Shown here: positions 9,280 to 16,047 of the stretch, piece after piece
How positions within the stretch are numbered: position 1 is the stretch's first letter
Layout: every line of letters starts with the position of its first letter
Assembly: GCA_964577555.1 (NCBI GenBank)
Contig: CAZNZM010000003.1
Span: forward strand, 42,037 to 74,036
Length of the DNA stretch: 32,000 nt
From: an uncultured archaeon
GTDB taxonomy: Archaea > Iainarchaeota > Iainarchaeia > Iainarchaeales > Iainarchaeaceae
Direction of reading: 5' to 3'
Program-made: the position numbers and the translations under genes
Notes under the pieces: generated by a model
The model's database searches: none
What the model saw: only the letters and a program-made list of their open reading frames with translations
Told to the model about the DNA's origin: nothing

Positions 9280-9750
9280 ATGGTTAGAAAAACTGTAAGA
9301 AAGGGTGGTGTGAAAAGATTAAATCATAACCCTTTAACTCCTAAACCTAAAAATTCTGGTGTAACAAGGGCTTTAGAAAGGGCACTTGGATATGAACGTG
9401 CTGTTGCTGGTTTTATTTTGGGAAAACCTTATCCTTTTAAAGCTTTAGAAAAAATGTTTTCTAAAAACTTGCCTCCTGAATATAAAAAAATTATTTCAAG
9501 ATATTCTTTAGAACCTTTTTTGAGTCATTCAAGAGAAACTTTAATAGGAATAGATAAGAGATTAGCTGAGTTAATTTCGGAACGGAATGATTTGATAAAA
9601 AGACGTGCGCCTAAAGAACAAATAGAAAGAGTCAAATATCTGATAAATTTGAATAGGCAAATGAGGTCTGGAGTTATTCAGCAAGTTGCTATGGAACTTC
9701 ATACTATTTTTACGCAAATTAAAAAAGAATTTCACCCTATTTTAAAATAA
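9280..9750 (+). CDS. Hypothetical basic protein
   Basis: 156-aa ORF with upstream TATA-like tgtttaaata and short leader; purine-rich codon usage; no family recognised. Confidence 0.7.
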   Translation: MVRKTVRKGGVKRLNHNPLTPKPKNSGVTRALERALGYERAVAGFILGKPYPFKALEKMFSKNLPPEYKKIISRYSLEPFLSHSRETLIGIDKRLAELISERNDLIKRRAPKEQIERVKYLINLNRQMRSGVIQQVAMELHTIFTQIKKEFHPILK

Positions 9751-9754
9751 TTAA

Positions 9755-10160
9755 GACAACTTTGTTTTTTTTGAGCTGTTTTTTTGTTATTTTTTTGAAT
9801 TCTTTTTTTTGTGGGACGTTTTGTTGCGCCAATTTTTTATTATTTTTATTTTATTTTTTTAAAGTAATTTTTTTTTGTCATGTTTTTTTTTGAATTATTT
9901 TTCTGATTTTTGGTTTTTTGTTTGAAATTTTGTTTTTTTGGCGAGCCAAATTTTTTGATTTTTTTTGTTTTTTTTGTTTGATGTTTTTTTTGTTTTTCGA
10001 GCCGATTTTTTGTCTTGTTAGTCAAGTTTTGTTTTTTTTTGGTTTCTCGTTGTTTTTTTATTAGTCTATTTTTTTGGCTAACTAATTTTTTTGCCAAGTT
10101 TTTTTTGCAAGCCAGTTTTTTTAGACTATTTTTATTTTTTTTTATTTTTGATTTTGTTTT
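9755..10160 (+). repeat. T-tract intergenic repeat block with GC-bearing islands
   Basis: TTGAGCTG (9771), GCGAGCCAAA (9941), CGAGCCGA (9998), GCAAGCCAG (10107) embedded in T-runs. Confidence 0.75.
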
Positions 10161-10168
10161 TTGTTTAA

Positions 10169-11440
10169 TTATTTGAATAGTTTGTCGCCTAAAAAGTTAG
10201 CGTTGTTTCCTAGTTCTTCTTCAATTGCGATTAGGCGATTGTATTTTGCTATTCGTTCGCTTCTTGCTGGGGCTCCGAATTTGCTTTGCCCTGAGCCCAA
10301 GCCAACTGCAAAGTCTGAAATGAAAGTGTCTTCGCTTTCTCCAGATCTGTGCGAAACCACAACGTTCCAATTGTTTTTTTCTGAAATTTCCCATGCTTTT
10401 ATTGATTCTGAAACTGTTCCTATTTGATTTAGTTTTAGCAACAAGGCGTTGCATGATTTTTCAGAAACTGCTTTGCTTATTCGTTCAACATTGGTTACTA
10501 ACAAGTCGTCTCCCACTATTTGTATTTTTTTTCCTAATCTTGAATTTAATTCTTTCCAGCCTTGCCAATCGTCTTCAGCCATTCCGTCTTCGATTGAAAC
10601 TATTTTGAATTTTTTTGTTAATTCGGAGTAGAAGTCGATTAACTCGCTTGCTGAGAATGATTTTTTTCCTATCTTGTAATTTCCATTGTCAAAGAATTCA
10701 GAGCTTGCGCAATCAATTCCTAAAAATATTTTTCCATTATATCCTGTTTCTTCTATTGCTGTAAGCATTAATTCAAGTCTTTTTTCTAATGAATCTATTT
10801 TTGGAGCAAAGCCCCCTTCGTCTCCGAGTAATATTGCTTGTGCGCCAAATTTTTTCTTTAAAATGTCTTTCAATGTGTGGTATGATTCAACTCCCGCTCT
10901 TAATGATTCGGAAAAAGATTTGAATTTGGCTGGAAAAAACATGTGTTCTTGTATGTCATTTTCAATGCCTGCGTGTTTTCCCCCGTTAATGACATTGAGT
11001 TGTGGCATTGGAAGGCACATTTTTTTTCTGCCTGATATTTGGTTGATGTAGGAATATAATTCAAGATTGTTTTCGGCTGCGTTTGCTCTTGCAAAAGCCA
11101 TTGAAACTGAAAGCAACGAGTTTGCCCCTAACCTTGACTTGTTTTTTGTGCCGTCAAGAGATATTAGTATGTTGTCAAATTCTTCTTGTGTGTCAAATTT
11201 TTTTTCTTCTATAAATTTTGAAATAATTGTATTTACGTTTTGCACTGCTTTTAGGACTCCTTTTCCGAAGTATTCTTTTCCACCATCGCGCAGTTCTATT
11301 GCTTCGTGCAATCCTGTAGAAGCGCCGCTTGGAACTATTGAAGAGAATGAGCCTAGGCGTGTTTTGATTTCAGCTTGTATTGTCGGGTTTCCTCTACTGT
11401 CCAATACTTGTCTGGCTTTTACTTTTAGAATTTTTATCAT
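10169..11440 (-). CDS. eno: Enolase
   Basis: ARQVLDSRGNPTIQAE, SGASTGLHEAIELRD, GDEGGFAP, SIEDGMAEDDW, LLLKLNQIGTVSE, SHRSGESED. Confidence 0.97.
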   Translation of the reverse strand: MIKILKVKARQVLDSRGNPTIQAEIKTRLGSFSSIVPSGASTGLHEAIELRDGGKEYFGKGVLKAVQNVNTIISKFIEEKKFDTQEEFDNILISLDGTKNKSRLGANSLLSVSMAFARANAAENNLELYSYINQISGRKKMCLPMPQLNVINGGKHAGIENDIQEHMFFPAKFKSFSESLRAGVESYHTLKDILKKKFGAQAILLGDEGGFAPKIDSLEKRLELMLTAIEETGYNGKIFLGIDCASSEFFDNGNYKIGKKSFSASELIDFYSELTKKFKIVSIEDGMAEDDWQGWKELNSRLGKKIQIVGDDLLVTNVERISKAVSEKSCNALLLKLNQIGTVSESIKAWEISEKNNWNVVVSHRSGESEDTFISDFAVGLGSGQSKFGAPARSERIAKYNRLIAIEEELGNNANFLGDKLFK

Positions 11441-11634
11441 TTTTAAACCAGATTAAATTGTGCAATTCACCTATTTATTGTTTTGTATTTTGTTGGCTAT
11501 GCGGATTAGATTGTTTGGTTTATTGGCTTTTTTTTAGTATTGTAAATTATTGTAAAACATGGTTTTTATTTTAAAATCAATGTCTATTTTTTTTATGCAG
11601 AACATTTATTAATGAAAGAGAATTTTATTTTATT

Positions 11635-12465
11635 ATGCGCTGGTTTTTTTTGTGGTTGTTTTCGGTTTTATTTTTTTTGGAGTGTGTTTCTGCTCTCATG
11701 ATAGATACTCCTTCTTCCGTGCCTGAAAATGTTTCTTTTGGTTTTAAGGTTGTGCTTGATTCTACTGAAAAATGGACTAAGACAACTATTAAGGTTGACG
11801 AGCAAAATCTTTTGGATGTGTATTCTAATGGAACCGTGGTTCCTGATCCTCAAAATGGGCAATTTGCTTCAAGGGCTTTTGTTATTGATACTGATCCGAG
11901 TTCAACTGCCGGGCTTTTGTTGTTTGTATCTTATTTGGGTTTTTCTAAGGGAAAGCATGTTGTTTCGGCTTCTTCTGAAAGCGGTTTTGATTCAAAAGAA
12001 ATAGTGAGTTTTGTGCCTATTGATGAAGGTTATAAGGAGAGTGTGGAAGGAACTATTTCAGAGTTGGATAATAAGGTTTCGGAACAGGTTGAGCGGTTGG
12101 ATGATTTGGAAGAGAAATTGGGCGGTATTCAAAAAAGTTTGAATCAGACCGGGCAAAAGGTTGAAAGTTTGAATGACAAGGTGGAAAATAATATTGAAAA
12201 TAGGGTTGGCAATCTTGAAGGAAAAGTGGATTCGTTGAATGCCAAGCCGGTTGTTTCAAATTCTGTTTCTGGTTTGATAAATCTGGTTGATTCTCTTTTT
12301 GTTCCTCTTGGCATTGTGGCTTTGATAATAATTTTGGCTGGTCTTATAATGCTTTTCAAGAGCAGGTTTGGCGGGGATGGAAGTTCGGTTTATTATAAAG
12401 ATGAATTCGGTTTGCCTGCTTCAAAGAAGCATGAGGAAATGGCTTCTGATTTGACTGAAAAGTGA
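11635..12465 (+). CDS. Signal-peptide-bearing surface protein with coiled-coil stalk and C-terminal TM anchor
   Basis: N-terminal hydrophobic signal, extracellular beta-rich-looking domain, heptad-like ELDNKVSEQVERLDDLEEKL... region, TM helix FVPLGIVALIIILAGLIMLF, charged tail. Confidence 0.8.
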   Translation: MRWFFLWLFSVLFFLECVSALMIDTPSSVPENVSFGFKVVLDSTEKWTKTTIKVDEQNLLDVYSNGTVVPDPQNGQFASRAFVIDTDPSSTAGLLLFVSYLGFSKGKHVVSASSESGFDSKEIVSFVPIDEGYKESVEGTISELDNKVSEQVERLDDLEEKLGGIQKSLNQTGQKVESLNDKVENNIENRVGNLEGKVDSLNAKPVVSNSVSGLINLVDSLFVPLGIVALIIILAGLIMLFKSRFGGDGSSVYYKDEFGLPASKKHEEMASDLTEK

Positions 12466-12484
12466 ATGGTTTGTTTTTGCAAAG

Positions 12485-12600
12485 TAATGTTTTTTTTTCA
12501 TGCCTAGCCATTTTTTTCTGTTTTTTTATAGAGTGTTTTTTTTAGAATTTTTTTTGAGTAGTTTTTTTCAAGTTTGTTTTTTTTTAATTATTTTTTTATT
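12485..12600 (+). repeat. Short T-tract repeat block
   Basis: TGCCTAGCCATTTTTTTCTGTTTTTTTATAGAGTG and further T-runs between convergent genes. Confidence 0.55.
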
Positions 12601-14305
12601 TTTGTGTTTTTTTCTTAAGAGCGGCTTTTACAAAGCCTAAGTATATTGGGTTGGGTTTTAATGGTCTGGAAGTGAATTCTGCATGGTATTGTGTACCAAC
12701 ATAGAATGGGTGTTCTGGGAGTTCAAGTATTTGCATTATTTTTTTTTGTGGAGCCATTCCTGAAAAAACCAAGCCGTGTTTTTCCAAAATGTCAATAAAT
12801 TTTGTATTTACGTTGAATCTGTGCCTGAATCTTTCCCTTACTATTTCTTTTTTTCCATAAAGTTCGTATGCCAGAGTTCCATTTTTTATTTTGACATCAA
12901 AGCCGCCTAATCTGAGTGTTCCGCCTAAGCCTTCTATTTCTTCCTGTTCTGGCAAAATGCATATTACGTTGTTTTCGGGGTCTTTTTTGACTTCTTCGGT
13001 TATAGCATTTTTTATTCCGCATACGTTTCTTGCGAATTCTATTACTGCCATTTGGAATCCATAGCATATGCCTAAAAATGGTATTTTGTTTTCTCTTAGG
13101 TGTTTTGCAATCATTATTTTTCCTTCAACACCGCGTGTTCCAAAGCCTCCGGGGATGATTACTCCATCTACTCCTTTTAATTCTTCTTCCACTTTTGTTT
13201 TTCCTCTTTCTATTGCCGTTGTTTCAATCCATTTTATGTTGATTTTGGTTTTTAATTGCACTCCGCAGTGTTCCAATGCTTTGGTGATGCTTATATAAGT
13301 GTCGCTTGTGCCTGTATATTTTCCTGCAATGCCTATGGTTATTTCCTTGTCTGGTTTTAAAGTGTTTTTTTTCGTCCATTCTTTTAGGGATTTGCTTCCA
13401 TTAACTTTGAATTTTGTCTCAAGTTTTAGTACTTTCAAAATTGCTTCATCTATTCCTTGTTCCCTGTAAAATAGTGGCAATTCGTATATGTTGCCTACAT
13501 CGTATGTGTTGAATACTCTTTCTATGGGAACGTTTGCATTCATTGATATTTTTTCTTTTACATTTTCTGTTATTCGTTTTTCGCTTCTGCATACTATTAT
13601 ATCTGGTTGTAATCCGAGGCTCATTAATTGTCTTAGCCCTAATTGAGCTGCTTTGCTTTTGAATTCTCCAAGATGGTGTGGTTCAAGTATGTATGTTATG
13701 TTTACTAAGCATGCGTTTTCTTTGCCTTCTTCGTAAATAAGTTCTCTTACGCTTTCCATTGCAAAAAGGTTTTCGTAGTCTCCTACTGTTCCGCCTATTT
13801 CTACTAAAACTATGTCTGCTTTTGTTTTTATTGCCAGGTTTCTTAGCACAAGTTTTGTTTCTCCGGTAACGTGAGGTATGTATTGGACGTCTCTTCCGTG
13901 GTATTCGCCTTTTCTTTCTTTGTCAATTATTCTTTTGTAAATTTGTCCGTGTGTTGTAAAATTGTCTTTTGAAAGGTTTTGGTCCAAGAATCTTTCGTAA
14001 CTTCCTAAGTCCATGTCTGTTTCTGTGCCGTCGTCAAGGACAAAAACTTCGCCATGTCTGTATGGGCTTAATGTTCCTGAGTCTATGTTAAGATAAGCTT
14101 CGATTTTCAATGGTGATACTTTAAGTCCTCTGTCTTGAAGTGCTTTTCCGAGTGCTGAAGAAAAAATTCCTTTTCCAATTCCACTTATTACTGAGCCAGT
14201 GATTATGACATATTTTGTTTTGCCTTTTACATAACCTTCGGGCATTGAAGAATAATTTTCTTCGCTTGATTTATCTGCTATTTTTCCAAGAAAATTTTCA
14301 TCCAT
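12596..14305 (-). CDS. pyrG: CTP synthase
   Basis: YVIITGSVISGIGKGIF, YRHGEVFVLDDGTETDMDLGSYERF, PHVTGE, GGFGTRGVEGKI, GICYGFQMAVIEFAR, HRFNVN; Shine-Dalgarno GGGGGG. Confidence 0.95.
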   Translation of the reverse strand: MDENFLGKIADKSSEENYSSMPEGYVKGKTKYVIITGSVISGIGKGIFSSALGKALQDRGLKVSPLKIEAYLNIDSGTLSPYRHGEVFVLDDGTETDMDLGSYERFLDQNLSKDNFTTHGQIYKRIIDKERKGEYHGRDVQYIPHVTGETKLVLRNLAIKTKADIVLVEIGGTVGDYENLFAMESVRELIYEEGKENACLVNITYILEPHHLGEFKSKAAQLGLRQLMSLGLQPDIIVCRSEKRITENVKEKISMNANVPIERVFNTYDVGNIYELPLFYREQGIDEAILKVLKLETKFKVNGSKSLKEWTKKNTLKPDKEITIGIAGKYTGTSDTYISITKALEHCGVQLKTKINIKWIETTAIERGKTKVEEELKGVDGVIIPGGFGTRGVEGKIMIAKHLRENKIPFLGICYGFQMAVIEFARNVCGIKNAITEEVKKDPENNVICILPEQEEIEGLGGTLRLGGFDVKIKNGTLAYELYGKKEIVRERFRHRFNVNTKFIDILEKHGLVFSGMAPQKKIMQILELPEHPFYVGTQYHAEFTSRPLKPNPIYLGFVKAALKKKTQK

Positions 14306-14496
14306 TAGAGCCCCCCAACAAATTTCAAAAAAACAGACTAATGTAATGTTGATTGGGGTATATAATGATATTTGTCACAATTTGTTATTGGATTGCAAGT
14401 CGTTGGTGTAAATAGAAATATTTTTTTTGACAATTGTCTTTGTTTTGCTTTTCTTTAAAAACTCTTATTAAAATATTACAAGAAAATATGTGTGAG

Positions 14497-14606
14497 GGGG
14501 CTGTAGTCTAGCCTGGTTAGGATTCAGCGTTCGGGTGGCGCTTAAAGTAATTTGTTTGTTTTGCCAGAATTACGCTGCGGCGAGAGTTCAAATCTCTCCA
14601 GCCCCA
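14497..14606 (+). tRNA. tRNA-Pro (anticodon CGG) with 36-nt intron (14536-14571)
   Basis: Acceptor GGGGCTG/CAGCCCC, D-arm GTCT..GGAT, anticodon stem CAGCG/CGCTG with loop TTCGGG|A, T-arm GAGAG-TTCAAAT-CTCTC, discriminator A. Intron TGGCGCTTAAAGTAATTTGTTTGTTTTGCCAGAATT at 37/38. Confidence 0.93.
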
Positions 14607-14635
14607 TTTGTTTTTTTTGGTTGCCCAAAAGTGCT

Positions 14636-14728
14636 TTAATCGCACTTGTGGGCTTCTTCTTCGTCAGCAAAATTGCTGGATTTTTGGAATACTTCGTGGC
14701 ATTCCTTGCAATATTTGAATTCTATCAT
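14636..14728 (-). CDS. Putative 30-aa zinc-binding mini-protein
   Basis: MIEFKYCKECHEVFQKSSNFADEEEAHKCD*; preceded on the - strand by GAGGTGA Shine-Dalgarno 6 nt before ATG. Not in supplied track (<60 aa). Confidence 0.6.
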   Translation of the reverse strand: MIEFKYCKECHEVFQKSSNFADEEEAHKCD

Positions 14729-14861
14729 TTTATTTCACCTCTTTTATTTTTGAAACCACTTTTGTGGGAGAATACGAATTTTTGTTTTTACTTTTTTTCT
14801 TTTTCTCAATGGAATAATATGCAATTAGTTATTTATAAATCTATTCTTTTAAGTATAAATC

Positions 14862-15440
14862 ATGGTTATTGAAGATAATCCTTATGTCACTGTTTTTTTT
14901 TGTTCATTTCTTTTGATTTTTATTGAAGTTGTTTTATATTCTTTGAAACTCAAAAAATTGTTTTATAAATTCATTAATCAAAATGTTTCGGCTATGTTTT
15001 TTAATTGGCATTTTCCTTCTGATAAGCCTTTCAGTCTTTTTGTAATTCCGTTGTTAGTGATTTTGGTGTTTAACTTTTTTTTGGTTAAAAACCAGTATTT
15101 GGTTGAAACTTCCGTTGCAGTATTTGCAATTGCCGTAAAAGTTTTGGTTGAAGAAATTGTTTTCAGGGGCTTTGTTTTCGGCGCTTTATTAAAATTTTTT
15201 AATGTAAGTGAAAATATTGTTTCCATTAAATTAATATTGCCTGTTTTTCTTCAGGCTATTTTTTTTGTTTTAATGCATTTTGGGACAATAAATTTTTTTG
15301 GTGTTTTTTTGAGCGGTTTGGTTTTTGGAATTGTTTTTTTCTTTTCTGGAAAAAATATCTTGCCGTCAGCTATGTTGCATTTGGCGTTGAATTTGTCAAT
15401 ATTCATGGCTGGCTTGACAGAAAATTTGTTAGGAATGTAA
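14862..15440 (+). CDS. CPBP-family intramembrane metalloprotease (CAAX protease-like)
   Basis: Multi-TM protein with EEIVFRG, FVLMHF and MLHLALN motifs. Confidence 0.87.
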   Translation: MVIEDNPYVTVFFCSFLLIFIEVVLYSLKLKKLFYKFINQNVSAMFFNWHFPSDKPFSLFVIPLLVILVFNFFLVKNQYLVETSVAVFAIAVKVLVEEIVFRGFVFGALLKFFNVSENIVSIKLILPVFLQAIFFVLMHFGTINFFGVFLSGLVFGIVFFFSGKNILPSAMLHLALNLSIFMAGLTENLLGM

Positions 15441-15607
15441 TATTATTATCTGAAAAAATGCCGCATTGGCAAGTTTTTTTTATTTTTGTTGTTTTTGCAT
15501 AATATTAAATATCTTCCATAGCATATCTAATTTGCCGGTAAAGGCTTATTTGAATTATTGCCTGCCAATTTTTTTGGCGAAATTAAGGGCGGTTGGAGGG
15601 GTAAGAT

Positions 15608-15727
15608 ATGGTGGCAAAAAAGTCAAGTAAATCGCAAAAGAAAGTTGCAAGTGAAGATTCTTGCGGCTGTGGTTGCGGGGAAAGTTCTCATAAAGAGTCT
15701 TCGGATAAAGGTTGTGGCTGTTGTTGA
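15608..15727 (+). CDS. Putative 39-aa Cys-rich protein
   Basis: MVAKKSSKSQKKVASEDSCGCGCGESSHKESSDKGCGCC*; GGAGGG Shine-Dalgarno at 15595-15600, 7 nt from ATG. Confidence 0.7.
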   Translation: MVAKKSSKSQKKVASEDSCGCGCGESSHKESSDKGCGCC

Positions 15728-15739
15728 AGGTGCTTTTTT

Positions 15740-15919
15740 ATGATGGGTTTGCACTCTTCGAAAATCAAAGCCAAGGCTTCAAACTATGCTGCTCCTGAAT
15801 TAAGATGCATGAATTGTGGCAGGATAATTGTGGAGCCCATGCCTGGGCTTTATGGCAGGAGATTCTGCAGCATGGATTGCAAAGATGAATATATGAGTAG
15901 TGGCCCAGCCCAGCCATGA
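15740..15919 (+). CDS. Putative 59-aa zinc-finger protein (treble-clef/FCS-like)
   Basis: MMGLHSSKIKAKASNYAAPELRCMNCGRIIVEPMPGLYGRRFCSMDCKDEYMSSGPAQP*; GAAGGTG Shine-Dalgarno overlapping the preceding stop; CxxC...CxxxC. Confidence 0.75.
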   Translation: MMGLHSSKIKAKASNYAAPELRCMNCGRIIVEPMPGLYGRRFCSMDCKDEYMSSGPAQP

Positions 15920-15935
15920 ATTGGGCTTTTTTTTT
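15907..15935 (+). terminator. Hairpin plus T-run
   Basis: AGCCCA-GCCATGAAT-TGGGCT followed by a run of about 9 T at the end of the 59-aa ORF. Confidence 0.6.
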
Positions 15936-16047
15936 ATTTTTTTCAAACATGTTTTTTTTGCGAGCCATTTTTTTTGTGATTTTTTTTGTCAAACTATTTT
16001 TATTTTTTTTGTTATTTGTTTTGGCTGGACATTTTTTTGTCATTTTT
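15925..16047 (+). repeat. T-tract repeat block
   Basis: GCGAGCCATTTTTTTTGTGATTTTTTTTGTCAAAC, GGCTGGACATTTTTTTGTCATTTTTTT. Confidence 0.65.

Noticed and set aside
9846-10097. 83-aa Lys/Asn-rich minus-strand ORF
   Set aside because: Reverse-complement of the T-tract repeat block read as AAA/AAT codons; no plausible protein features.
14306-14400. Possible pyrG leader attenuator from CCCCAAC ... GTTGattGGGG
   Set aside because: The distal arm lies against the TATA-like element, so it would probably be outside the transcript, and the match has a 3-nt interruption.
14641-14728. CxxCH in the 30-aa ORF as a heme c-binding motif
   Set aside because: No signal peptide and no other cytochrome features; the HxC pair near the C-terminus fits zinc binding better.
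14552-14872. 106-aa + strand ORF
   Set aside because: Starts inside the tRNA-Pro gene and has no homology-like features; the opposite-strand 30-aa ORF has a better ribosome-binding site and ligand pattern.
15458-15480. Hairpin TGCC/GGCA plus T-run after the CPBP gene
   Set aside because: Only a 4-bp stem; the T-run alone may terminate, so the structure is not convincing.
15558-15743. 61-aa + strand ORF (MPANFFGEIKGG...)
   Set aside because: Overlaps in another frame the 39-aa Cys-rich ORF, which has an ideally placed GGAGGG site and is followed by a coupled gene.
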